DNA of 27,579 nucleotides, from the NCBI GenBank assembly GCA_943355165.1, contig CALREK010000001.1, forward strand, positions 1 through 27,579. The letters are read 5' to 3'. Shown here piece by piece: positions 1 to 8,792 of this stretch. Every line of letters begins with the position of its first letter. The first letter of the stretch is position 1. The position numbers and the translations under genes are program-made. Under the pieces are notes generated by a model that was given only the letters and a program-made list of their open reading frames with translations, was not told the DNA's origin and did not search any database. Source of the stretch: an uncultured Candidatus Saccharimonas sp. (GTDB taxonomy: Bacteria > Patescibacteriota > Saccharimonadia > Saccharimonadales > AQU-01).

Positions 1-88
1 CAGGGATCATTTTACATTGAAGCTACAATGAACAAATGTCACCTGACTAAATAAATGGTCAATGACAAATGATAAATTACCTACTCTC

Positions 89-97
89 TGCTAGACT
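89..97 (+). promoter_or_regulatory. Extended -10 (TGC-TAGACT) for galE, 6 nt before ATG
   Basis: TGnTAnnnT match; ATGATA 17 nt upstream of the hexamer. Confidence 0.55.
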
Positions 98-103
98 AAG
101 TAC

Positions 104-1105
104 ATGCAAAAGATACTTGTTACTGGAGGAGCGGGATTCATCGGCTCACACACCGTAGTCGCCCTACATGAGGCTGGCTACACGCCAGTAATAATCGATG
201 ACTTCTCAAATAGTGCAGAGTCAGTTATAGATAATTTAAAAGACCTAACAACACCGGACTTGTTGTTCTTTCGTGGTGACGTCAACGACAAGCCCTTCAT
301 GCAAAAGGTTATGCGAGAGATTAAGCCCTCGGCAGTCATACACTTTGCTGCCAAAAAAGCCGTAGGTGAATCCGTCGCCAATCCCCTAGCCTATTATAGG
401 TCTAATGTTGATGGCCTGCTGACCGTACTAGAGACAATGCAAAAGAACGACATAAAAAGCATCGTGTTCTCTTCTTCGTGTACAGTTTATGGCGAACCTG
501 ATGTCTGCCCGGTGACTGAGGATACTCCACAAAAACAGGCTACTAGCCCGTATGGGGCTACTAAACAAATGTGTGAAAGAATCCTAGAAGATGTCGTAAC
601 TGCCAATAATAGTTCTGTTACAGCGTTACGTTATTTTAATCCAGTAGGCGCTCACCCTAGCGCTAAAATTGGGGAGTTACCTATTGGAGATCCAAACAAT
701 CTCGTTCCGTTCTTGACTCAAGCTACAGCCGGTCTACGAGGACCTTTAACGGTGTTTGGGGATGATTACGACACTCCGGATGGCACTTGCGTAAGAGACT
801 TTATTCACGTCATGGATTTAGCAGAAGCCCATGTTTCAGCCGTTAAATTTGCACTAGATAATCAAGGCTTTAACACGTTTAACATCGGCTCAGGCAAAGG
901 CAATAGCGTACTCGAACTCATCAACAGTTTTGAAAAAGTAACTGGTCAAAAAGTACCGTACAAAATCGGTGCCCGTCGTCCTGGTGACGTCATCAAGATC
1001 TGGGCTAATGCAGATAAGGCAAAATCCATTCTAGGCTGGCAAACTACTCGCTCGCTAGACGACTCAATGCGAGATGCTTGGCACTGGCAACAATCACTTA
1101 AGTAA
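104..1105 (+). CDS. galE: UDP-glucose 4-epimerase (SDR family)
   Basis: GGAGFIGSHT NAD motif, HFAAKKAVGES, SSSCTVYG, YGATK (YxxxK), LRYFNPVGAH, GTCVRDFIHVMDLA; 333 aa. Confidence 0.93.
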   Translation: MQKILVTGGAGFIGSHTVVALHEAGYTPVIIDDFSNSAESVIDNLKDLTTPDLLFFRGDVNDKPFMQKVMREIKPSAVIHFAAKKAVGESVANPLAYYRSNVDGLLTVLETMQKNDIKSIVFSSSCTVYGEPDVCPVTEDTPQKQATSPYGATKQMCERILEDVVTANNSSVTALRYFNPVGAHPSAKIGELPIGDPNNLVPFLTQATAGLRGPLTVFGDDYDTPDGTCVRDFIHVMDLAEAHVSAVKFALDNQGFNTFNIGSGKGNSVLELINSFEKVTGQKVPYKIGARRPGDVIKIWANADKAKSILGWQTTRSLDDSMRDAWHWQQSLK

Positions 1106-1113
1106 CGCCCCTG

Positions 1114-1884
1114 CTAAACAACTAGTAATATCGCTTCAACTAAATTAGCGGTGTCACGCCAATGAGAGACCTCTAAAGAATCAATTCCCATAGCTTTAAC
1201 AGGATAGTCATTTCCGCCTTCGGCCAAACGATCACCTAAAAACAACACCTCTGATTTATCTATGCCTAAAATTTCTATCAATTTTTTCATACCGAAGGCT
1301 TTGTCGATGCCTAGCTTAGTAACATCTATAGAAGTTACACCACCAACTCTCACCTCAAACTCTGGTATCAACGGTGCAACATATTCACGTATTTTATTTT
1401 TTTTGGAGTTGTCTGGATCCCACTCTTCCTTCATGCGGACTCCCTCGGCACCCAACTCATCAACAATATTCTGACCCAAAACGGAAAAAGTCACCTGACT
1501 ACCACGGTCTTCTAACGTCTCACCCCAGGTTTTCTCAGCCCGCATGTTTAGATCGTCAAAACCTTTGTTAAGTGCTGTGAATATTTTAGCCTTTTCTTCT
1601 TCGCTAAAATCTTCTGCATAAACTTGTTGCCAACTATTTTCAGAATATCTAATATAACGGGTGCCACAAGTCGGCATTAAATGTAAATTTTTTAAATTCT
1701 CTGGGCTAGCCTTGAGATTATCAAGTACTTGTTTCTGAAATTGTTCAAATTTACCGCCCGAAATCACACATACCTGAAATTTCTCCAACAACCTGTCTAT
1801 TAGTCCAGCCATGCGAGGATCTAGAGGCGACTTACTGTCGGCCAATGTTCCGTCTAAATCGAATGCTATAACTTTTTTATTCAT
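1114..1884 (-). CDS. HAD-IIB phosphomannomutase, eukaryote PMM/Sec53-like
   Basis: FDLDGTL (motif I), VISGG, cap EDRGSQVTFS, RVGGVTSIDV..GIDK, FLGDRLAEGGNDY (motif IV); start overlaps manC stop (ATGA); AAGGA 6 nt upstream. Confidence 0.82.
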   Translation of the reverse strand: MNKKVIAFDLDGTLADSKSPLDPRMAGLIDRLLEKFQVCVISGGKFEQFQKQVLDNLKASPENLKNLHLMPTCGTRYIRYSENSWQQVYAEDFSEEEKAKIFTALNKGFDDLNMRAEKTWGETLEDRGSQVTFSVLGQNIVDELGAEGVRMKEEWDPDNSKKNKIREYVAPLIPEFEVRVGGVTSIDVTKLGIDKAFGMKKLIEILGIDKSEVLFLGDRLAEGGNDYPVKAMGIDSLEVSHWRDTANLVEAILLVV

Positions 1885-2924
1885 TTTTTGTCCTTTTCCT
1901 GGAATCGTTTACTTACGTCGCCAACTTTTTGGGCGTGACTTTTGTTGGTCACTAAGATGCCGCTCTTGGTCACAATTACGGCCACATTATCTAAACCTAT
2001 AACGGCTAGCGGCAAATCACTTTCATTACGAATTAAGCTATTAGTGACATTTTCTGTCTCGACATAACCGTGCGAGGCATTACCTTGCTCGTCCTGTTCA
2101 TTCACCATATGAACGTCGGGATAAGACCCCACATCCATCCAGTCAAAACTTCCTGGCATCACCAGTAGATCTTGAACTCTTTCAATTAAGGCTGTGTCGA
2201 TTGGCTCACTCTTAAATGACATATAGCGCTTGTCATGCTCGGAATCACTCTTAGCTTCACGAAGCTTTTTATAATTTTTCTTTAGTGTTGCTGAGTGCTT
2301 ATTGATCGCCTCCTCAAAAACAGAAAGCGGTGCCACAAAATAGCCCATATTCCATAGATAGCGCCCACTAGATAAATATTTCTGTGCAGTTTTACGGTCG
2401 GGCTTTTCTTTAAAACTAACAACCTTGTAGATTGGTCGGCCACCGTTCGCGTTATCACCACGTTCTATATAGCCGAAGCCTGTTGCTGGAGAGGTCGGCT
2501 CTAGTCCGAGTAATACAATTTTAGAATTTTCTGATGACATCGCTGCGGCTCTTTTGACTGTGTCAACAAAACCGCTAGTGTCCCTGATGTGGTGATCAGC
2601 ATGCATAAAGATTACAGGCTCGTCAGAGTCATGATGTTTACGAATTCTAGCCAATGCGGCAATCACGCAAGATGCTGTACCCCGCCTACCCGGCTCAATT
2701 ACCGCGTGATCCTTGTCTAGGTCAGGTAACTGCTCAAAAACATGGTTAATATGCGAACCCTCAGATATTACATAAACATCGTCTGTCAATAACTTTGCTC
2801 TTTCATAGGTATTCTGTAATAGGCTCTTCTCGTTAGTTAATCGAAGAAGATGCTTTGGATAATCGGGCGTAGACATTGGCCATAACCTAGAGCCCGATCC
2901 GCCAGCGATAATTACTATAGTCAT
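1881..2924 (-). CDS. manC: Mannose-1-phosphate guanylyltransferase (monofunctional, no cupin/PMI domain)
   Basis: IIAGGSGSRLWPMSTPDYPKHLL, EPGRRGTA, ADHHI, TGFGYI, FKEKPD, YLWNMGYF, WMDVGS; start moved from 3011 to ATG 2924 (347 aa) because the family motif begins there and a -10 box lies 6 nt upstream. Confidence 0.9.
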   Translation of the reverse strand: MTIVIIAGGSGSRLWPMSTPDYPKHLLRLTNEKSLLQNTYERAKLLTDDVYVISEGSHINHVFEQLPDLDKDHAVIEPGRRGTASCVIAALARIRKHHDSDEPVIFMHADHHIRDTSGFVDTVKRAAAMSSENSKIVLLGLEPTSPATGFGYIERGDNANGGRPIYKVVSFKEKPDRKTAQKYLSSGRYLWNMGYFVAPLSVFEEAINKHSATLKKNYKKLREAKSDSEHDKRYMSFKSEPIDTALIERVQDLLVMPGSFDWMDVGSYPDVHMVNEQDEQGNASHGYVETENVTNSLIRNESDLPLAVIGLDNVAVIVTKSGILVTNKSHAQKVGDVSKRFQEKDKK

Positions 2925-2930
2925 GTATAT

Positions 2931-2939
2931 ATAATAGCA
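2931..2939 (-). promoter_or_regulatory. Extended -10 (TGC-TATTAT) for manC-pmm, 6 nt before ATG
   Basis: Reverse strand reads ttgcTATTATatatacATG. Confidence 0.55.
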
Positions 2940-3024
2940 AATATTAACTATTATAAGTCCAGCATAAGATAACTTTACTGTTGTAATATTTTGCCTTACT
3001 AAGGGTCGCATTAGTTTGAAATTG

Positions 3025-3033
3025 TGCTACCAT
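3025..3033 (+). promoter_or_regulatory. Extended -10 (TGC-TACCAT) for gtrA, 9 nt before ATG
   Basis: tgtgcTACCATaactttaatATG. Confidence 0.45.
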
Positions 3034-3042
3034 AACTTTAAT

Positions 3043-3480
3043 ATGATCAAATGGACCAAAAGCGCAATATTCAGATTATTGAGAGTGGATTTTATTCGCT
3101 TTTGTATGGTTGGTGGAAGTGGATTTTTTGTGAACTTTGCTATTCTTTACGCTCTTCATCGTACACTGGGCTTACCTTTGTTTATTTCACAGCTAATAGG
3201 CGCCGAGATAGCGCTAACTAGTAATGCATCGCTACATCACTACTGGACATATAAGGGCGTAAACGCAAACAAAACGTACTTGAGCTCACTTATGCAGTTT
3301 CACCTCACCTCCTGGCCTGCAATTGTCGGTAGCGCCTTTATGGTGGATGGAGGTGTCAGATACATGCGTCTAACAAGCTTCACGGCTTTAATATTTAGTT
3401 CAGCGATCGTTTTAGTCTGGAACTATAGCTGGTCAAAATATGTTATTTGGCGTGACATTAGCCCTCAAGAAATAAATTAA
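3043..3480 (+). CDS. GtrA/GtcA-family small flippase for polyprenyl-phosphate-monosaccharide
   Basis: FIRFCMVGGSGFFVNFAILY N-terminal signature, about 4 hydrophobic segments, NYSWSKYVIW end; ATG 3043 preferred over TTG 3016. Confidence 0.85.
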   Translation: MIKWTKSAIFRLLRVDFIRFCMVGGSGFFVNFAILYALHRTLGLPLFISQLIGAEIALTSNASLHHYWTYKGVNANKTYLSSLMQFHLTSWPAIVGSAFMVDGGVRYMRLTSFTALIFSSAIVLVWNYSWSKYVIWRDISPQEIN

Positions 3481-3545
3481 TTGCTGCAGTTTTCTAGCTT
3501 TAATAATACCTACAATAAGAGCTCTGTCGAAAATAAATATAGAGC

Positions 3546-5717
3546 CTACAGGCTGGCATCAATCTGACAGCCCAATTTTTTTAATCGTAACTTATTGCCG
3601 GTATTGGTCGACATGATTATATTATTTTTTGCCATAACTTTTATGGGTCTGAAATCGCTACTAAGTTCACCAAAATTTATTTTTATGCCATCGGCTATAA
3701 TGCTCAGGTCTCCTTTGTCGGCTTGATTCGCCATAGCTATGTCAAAACATTGTAATGTAGCTATGTTGGATTTAGTTTTACTGCCGGGGAGTGGCTCTAT
3801 CGTCATCTCACCGTTATTAGTAGTCTCGTAGACCCAATCGACAGCCGATTTAATAATATTTTCGTTACGTTTAAACCCTTTACCCAGGGCTAGCATTTCT
3901 GTTTTATGAGTTTTTCGTACTTTAACAATTACCATATTGTCACTACCACCCAATGGATCAAAACCTGACATCCAAATTCTTGCAGCAGGCGATGAGTAAA
4001 CTACCTCAAGCCCGTCTATTGATCTTACAGTTTCTTCGCTTACACCATGAATAACGACCGCATCAACATCAAGTGCGCCCAATACCTGAACAGTCTGAGG
4101 ATCCGAAATGTTTCTTAACGAATCTTTCAGTCCCTCCTCTTTTAATAAAGGTGAGTTTGCGTTGAATAGTTTTTTACGGTGTACTACTTGCATCGACAAG
4201 TAGTAGGTCATGCCGGCTGATTCGCCCATCTTTCTCATCGGATATTCAGCAATCGTTGATGTGTCGTCTTGTTGACTTAACCATAGATATGCAGGTGGTG
4301 TGCTATTTTTATATGAAAAGGTATTATTACTTCCTGTAAATGGAATAGTAACTTGATATTCAAAAAAAATTAGAAGTGCAAGTACAAATATAACTTTAGT
4401 AAATTTTTTATTATCTACATTGCTTGAATAAAATCTAACTACGGCTGCAAATATAGTAATACTTGCTATATTAATTACCACATAAAGACGTGAGAGTATT
4501 CTCCACGTAGTAGTAATTTTTAACAATAAGTACGATGGCGGTGGCATAATTCCCAATAACTTAATGGGCGGCAACGCCAGTACAACTCCAAACAAAACGA
4601 CAGAGATCATGCCTATAACGATTAGCTCGCTATCGTAATGCAAGCCAGCCTTAACACTTTGATTCTTGAATCTTCTTCGGGTCATGTCCACTAGGCCAAC
4701 AATAGCTACAAATATTATAACTAGGCTGATCCCTACGTAGTCTTCGTCGGGCCCACAGTCTTGACCGCTATGTAATGAGACTCTGTACTTATGTTCAATG
4801 GCTTTCGCTAGTTGCGCGGAAAATACAACTGGTTCAAAATATTCGTAAGGCCGATTACTGCACAGCGTTGCCACAAGAAATACACTACTGCCCCGTGTCG
4901 CAGCAACAGTATTAGATATCTGTTTATTATCCTTTATAGCTATAAATATTAGTGGCGATATGAGTGCAAAGATTAATATAGCTGTTTGCAGGATTAATAT
5001 TATTTGTTTTTTGACTTGTTGACTTGATTTATATTTTTTATGTCGTCTAAATATTAGAATTAACACCCAAGTAACAATTAGTGGCGACAAAATCGATGCT
5101 GCCAGTAATGAAAAGTAGGGATCCCAATAAAAACAGAAAGCGGTGATTAAGCCCAAATAAGCTACATCTCTCTTGCGCTGATTCTTTATCAAATTGAATA
5201 AGGCCCATACTGCGGCAATTAAGAATGCCTGGTAGCCGTAGCTATCATGAACGCCCACTTTATATTGATAATATGGCGTAAACGACACTGCATAACCGGA
5301 CAACCATGCTATCCACTTATTTTTAGTGAGGGCGTATATAAATCCATACATCACCAAGGCACTGAGTACAAATCCTAAAACATTAATAGCATTGTAGCCA
5401 CACACAGGACCGAGCATCTTAGATGCGCCTCGTATCATGTAGAACTGAGCAACTCCGCTATAGTTAGCAGGACTAAAAGCGTCCTCTCCAACAGGAAAGT
5501 TTGTCATATTATCGAAGCCGCCTAAAGGAGATTCGTTAGGGAAGAAAGTGTTTTGTCGTATTACTCCACCCGTATTATCACCAAATCCATATAAGGTATC
5601 TTTGCAGCTCCATACGCTTGGCCCCATATAGTAGGCCGTGAAGAATAAATAAGATACAACCACAAACAAGATTGTCAAATTTTTAGATTTTAAGAACCTT
5701 TTAATTTGGGCCAACAT
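3546..5717 (-). CDS. Large polytopic membrane protein, probable GT-C (YfhO-like) glycosyltransferase, paralog 1
   Basis: N-terminal TM then external loop GFGDNTGG with acidic residue, many TM segments, SFTPYYQYKVGVH, IAEYP, MQVVHRKKLFN, soluble C-terminal domain; ATG 5717 or GTG 5723 start; the GT-C assignment is by topology and motif resemblance. Confidence 0.62.
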   Translation of the reverse strand: MLAQIKRFLKSKNLTILFVVVSYLFFTAYYMGPSVWSCKDTLYGFGDNTGGVIRQNTFFPNESPLGGFDNMTNFPVGEDAFSPANYSGVAQFYMIRGASKMLGPVCGYNAINVLGFVLSALVMYGFIYALTKNKWIAWLSGYAVSFTPYYQYKVGVHDSYGYQAFLIAAVWALFNLIKNQRKRDVAYLGLITAFCFYWDPYFSLLAASILSPLIVTWVLILIFRRHKKYKSSQQVKKQIILILQTAILIFALISPLIFIAIKDNKQISNTVAATRGSSVFLVATLCSNRPYEYFEPVVFSAQLAKAIEHKYRVSLHSGQDCGPDEDYVGISLVIIFVAIVGLVDMTRRRFKNQSVKAGLHYDSELIVIGMISVVLFGVVLALPPIKLLGIMPPPSYLLLKITTTWRILSRLYVVINIASITIFAAVVRFYSSNVDNKKFTKVIFVLALLIFFEYQVTIPFTGSNNTFSYKNSTPPAYLWLSQQDDTSTIAEYPMRKMGESAGMTYYLSMQVVHRKKLFNANSPLLKEEGLKDSLRNISDPQTVQVLGALDVDAVVIHGVSEETVRSIDGLEVVYSSPAARIWMSGFDPLGGSDNMVIVKVRKTHKTEMLALGKGFKRNENIIKSAVDWVYETTNNGEMTIEPLPGSKTKSNIATLQCFDIAMANQADKGDLSIIADGIKINFGELSSDFRPIKVMAKNNIIMSTNTGNKLRLKKLGCQIDASL

Positions 5718-5829
5718 ATTCACACTATGATAACGCTATTTTTCTCATATAGATATATTGAGTGGAAATTCTTCAAATAAATAGACAAATTAGTGCGTAG
5801 CATGCCAGGTGTAATGTCTTTACCGGCTA

Positions 5830-6777
5830 TTAAACTGTCTGTCGAAAATATTCAATTGTTTTTTCCAGACCTTCACTAAGTTGCACTTTTGGCTCCCAAC
5901 CCAATAATTTTCGGGCCTTGTCGATCACTGGCTGACGCTGCATCGGATCATCGCCTGGCAATGGCTCAAAAACTAATTTAGAAGTTGTGCCTGTAAGCCT
6001 CACAATCTCTTCAGCAAGCTGCTTAATCGTAAACTCGTTTGGATTCCCAAGATTGATTGGCCCTTCCTCGTCCGATTCGATCATTCTTACAAATCCATTA
6101 ATTAGATCCGAAACATAACAGAAACTACGGGTTTGATTACCGTCCCCATACAAGGTCATAGGCTTATTCTTAATAGCCTGAACGATAAGATTAGAGACAA
6201 CCCTGCCGTCCATTGGGTCCATATTTGGTCCATAAGTATTGAATATGCGAATAATACCTGTAGAAATACCGTACTTCTCTCTATACGCATATATCAATGC
6301 TTCAGCATATCGCTTCGACTCATCGTACATACTGCGCGGACCATAACTATTGACGCTCCCCTTGTAAGATTCGGGTTGAGGATGCACCTCTGGATCGCCA
6401 TACACCTCGCTAGTTGAAGCCTGAAAAAACCTTGCTTTATTTGCTCGCGCTAAATCCAACAAATTCTGCGTACCAAGCGATCCAACCATCAATGTCTCAA
6501 TTGCTAATCGCTGATAATGAGGCGGGCTAGCTGGTGAAGCCAAGTTAGCAATTATATCAAACTTCATGTTTGTAATTTCGACTGGCAAGGAATTGGTAAT
6601 ATCCGCCTCAATTATAGTGCAATTTGGTCTGCCAACTAAACTGACCAGGTTAGCTTTTCGTCCAGTCGAAAAATTATCAACTACCACTACATTGTCGCCA
6701 TTTTCAACATAATGAGCAGCCAAGTGCGATCCCAGAAAGCCACCACCACCAGCTATTAGAATAGTCTTTTTGCTCAT
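5830..6777 (-). CDS. uxs: UDP-glucuronate decarboxylase (UDP-xylose synthase)
   Basis: GGGGFLGSHL, DNFSTG, NLASPASPPHY, ASTSEVYGDPEVHPQPESY, GPRSMYDESKR, RIFNTYGP, DGRVVSN, QTRSFCYVSDL; start overlaps ugd stop (ATGA). Confidence 0.9.
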   Translation of the reverse strand: MSKKTILIAGGGGFLGSHLAAHYVENGDNVVVVDNFSTGRKANLVSLVGRPNCTIIEADITNSLPVEITNMKFDIIANLASPASPPHYQRLAIETLMVGSLGTQNLLDLARANKARFFQASTSEVYGDPEVHPQPESYKGSVNSYGPRSMYDESKRYAEALIYAYREKYGISTGIIRIFNTYGPNMDPMDGRVVSNLIVQAIKNKPMTLYGDGNQTRSFCYVSDLINGFVRMIESDEEGPINLGNPNEFTIKQLAEEIVRLTGTTSKLVFEPLPGDDPMQRQPVIDKARKLLGWEPKVQLSEGLEKTIEYFRQTV

Positions 6778-8090
6778 TCAACAACCTTCCTTCCTATACT
6801 TTCATAATAAAAACCTTCGTCCTTCATAGTTTCAAGACTATACAAATTGCGGCCATCAAATATCACAGGTTTTTTAAGCAGTTTCTTAATTTTAGCAAAA
6901 TCTGGACCTCTGAATAGCGACCATTCGGTAGCAATCAATAATGCGTCAGCACCTTTTAAGGCTGAATATTCGTCTTTGGCATAACTTAGATTATTGATAG
7001 TGCTATAATTTTTTTTCACAACTAGCATAGCTTCTGGGTCATAGGCTACAATTTTTGCCCCAGCCTGGGTCAAGGCTTTGATGATTTCAATCGCTGGAGC
7101 CTCACGTATATCGTCAGTGTCAGGCTTAAAAGCCAAACCCCAAAGAGCAAAGGTTTTACCCTCAACATTTCCATTGTAATAACTGGTTACTTTATTAACT
7201 AGTCGCTGTTTTTGGGTATCGTTAACATTCATTACGGCTTCTAAAATTCTAAAGTCGTAGTCATATTCATTGGCTGTGTGATGCAAGGCTAGAACGTCTT
7301 TAGGGAAGCAGCTGCCGCCATATCCGATTCCAGGAAACAAGAACCTTTTACCAATACGTTCATCAGAGCCGATACCTAGCCGAACAGCATCTACATCGGC
7401 TCCTAATTTTTCACATAAATTAGCGATCTCGTTCATGAATGAAATCTTAGTAGCCAAAAATGAGTTAGCGGCATATTTAGTCATTTCGGCTGAGCGCTCA
7501 TCCATATAAAGTATTGGGTTTCCTTGCCTAACGAATGGCGCATAAAGCATAGATAATACTTTTTGAGCCTTACTAGATTTCGTGCCGATAACCACCCTAT
7601 CTGGCTTCATGAAATCGCTAACAGCAAAGCCTTCGCGTAAAAATTCTGGGTTTGATGCTACGTCAAAGTCTATTTTTGTATTTTTATATATATGCAGCCG
7701 GACCTGCTCGGAAGTCCCCACTGGAACCGTGCTTTTATCTACGATAACCGTGTATTTTTTTAATAAAGACCCAAGTTTATCCGCAACTCCTAATACATAA
7801 GAAAGATCAGCAGACCCATCAGCTCCAGGAGGAGTAGGAAGAGCTAAAAACACCACCTCCGCGTCTTTAACTCCAACAGCCAAACTGTCTGTAAATGTTA
7901 GCCTACCGTTGTCAACATTCCTTTTGAATAAACTCTCTAGATCTGGTTCGTAAATAGGCACCCTGCCCGCTCGCATCATTTTTATTTTTTCTGAATCTAT
8001 ATCAACGCAGACCACATTATTGCCCGTCTCGGCAAAACAAGTTCCAGTAACCAACCCTACGTAACCAGTACCTACAACCGCAATTCTCAT
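6774..8090 (-). CDS. ugd: UDP-glucose 6-dehydrogenase
   Basis: VVGTGYVGL, KSTVPVGT, SNPEFLREG, KYAANSFLATKISFMNE, GIGYGGSCFPKD (catalytic Cys), GLAFKPDTDDIRE, FDGRN. Confidence 0.95.
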   Translation of the reverse strand: MRIAVVGTGYVGLVTGTCFAETGNNVVCVDIDSEKIKMMRAGRVPIYEPDLESLFKRNVDNGRLTFTDSLAVGVKDAEVVFLALPTPPGADGSADLSYVLGVADKLGSLLKKYTVIVDKSTVPVGTSEQVRLHIYKNTKIDFDVASNPEFLREGFAVSDFMKPDRVVIGTKSSKAQKVLSMLYAPFVRQGNPILYMDERSAEMTKYAANSFLATKISFMNEIANLCEKLGADVDAVRLGIGSDERIGKRFLFPGIGYGGSCFPKDVLALHHTANEYDYDFRILEAVMNVNDTQKQRLVNKVTSYYNGNVEGKTFALWGLAFKPDTDDIREAPAIEIIKALTQAGAKIVAYDPEAMLVVKKNYSTINNLSYAKDEYSALKGADALLIATEWSLFRGPDFAKIKKLLKKPVIFDGRNLYSLETMKDEGFYYESIGRKVVE

Positions 8091-8145
8091 ATTAATCCTT
8101 GCTGACTATTAATTTATTTTAGGCCTGATTTCAATTACCTATAAC

Positions 8146-8154
8146 AGTTTAGCA
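8146..8154 (-). promoter_or_regulatory. Extended -10 (TGC-TAAACT) for ugd-uxs; leadered, with AAGGA at 8096-8100
   Basis: TGnTAnnnT about 55 nt upstream of ATG 8090; SD-like motif 5 nt before the start. Confidence 0.45.
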
Positions 8155-8212
8155 AACTAATCTGTAAGTTTAGTCTATTAAGCCACTACCTCATTGTGGA
8201 TATTCATATATT

Positions 8213-8241
8213 ATGATATATTTTTGATGATAACGTAACAT
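8213..8241 (+). promoter_or_regulatory. Putative promoter ATGATA-17-TAACAT, 7 nt before ATG 8249
   Basis: Spacing and consensus match in an AT-rich divergent intergenic region. Confidence 0.4.
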
Positions 8242-8248
8242 AAAAAAT

Positions 8249-8791
8249 ATGAAAAAATCCTTCAGCAATAAAAAGAACAATAAACGGTCGTCTAAAGCGA
8301 GATGGGCTATGTCAGCTATCCTACTATTTGCCATCGTTACTGCAGGATATGTATCGTACGCATATTTAAATAAAAAATCAGCACCTAAGCCAAGTGGACC
8401 TACTACCGAACAGATAAAACAAGCCTCAGACATAGACTCAAACAACAAGAAGAATGCCATCGATTCGCCAACAAATTCCGCTAATAACACACCTTCAGTA
8501 AGTAATACCGAGAGTTCTATCGATATAACGGCAATAAAGGAAAATAATTCTACTGTTACGATTATTACAAAATTAAAGAGAGTCTCGTCTGGAACATGCC
8601 AACTTAGCATAAGCAATGGAACTAAAACTACTGCCAAATCTGCCACGATAATTTATCAGTCAGACTTCTCTACTTGTGCTGGGTTTAGTATTCCGGTAAG
8701 TGAAATTGGAGTAGGCTCCTGGCAAATAAATCTTTCTTTAAGCGGAGGATCAAACGCGGAATCAAAATCAATAATTTTAGAGGTTAACTAA
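8249..8791 (+). CDS. Membrane-anchored exported protein: basic N-terminus, single TM, Ser/Thr/Asn-rich linker, C-terminal beta-rich domain with a Cys pair
   Basis: KKNNKRSSKARW then hydrophobic AMSAILLFAIVTAGYVSYAYL; linker SPTNSANNTPSVSNTESS; GTCQLSIS...STCAGFSIP...GSWQINL; stop 1 nt before the next ATG. Confidence 0.7.
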   Translation: MKKSFSNKKNNKRSSKARWAMSAILLFAIVTAGYVSYAYLNKKSAPKPSGPTTEQIKQASDIDSNNKKNAIDSPTNSANNTPSVSNTESSIDITAIKENNSTVTIITKLKRVSSGTCQLSISNGTKTTAKSATIIYQSDFSTCAGFSIPVSEIGVGSWQINLSLSGGSNAESKSIILEVN

Positions 8792-8792
8792 A

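Noticed and set aside
1-54. Possible 3' end of an upstream gene (frame 1 QGSFYIEATMNKCHLTK*)
   Set aside because: Too short to distinguish from chance or to assign a family
3520-3545. GCTCT...AGAGC inverted repeat between gtrA and GT-C1 as a bidirectional terminator
   Set aside because: 5-bp stem with a ~15-nt loop and no proper U-tract; too weak
1397-4369. A/T homopolymer runs (T8 at 1397-1404, A8 near 4362) as phase-variation tracts
   Set aside because: Short A/T runs are expected in AT-rich coding DNA; frames are intact and there are no poly-G/C or microsatellite tracts
8191-8646. 151-aa minus-strand ORF
   Set aside because: Antisense shadow of the 8249..8791 gene, which has coherent topology, promoter and operon coupling; no family motif
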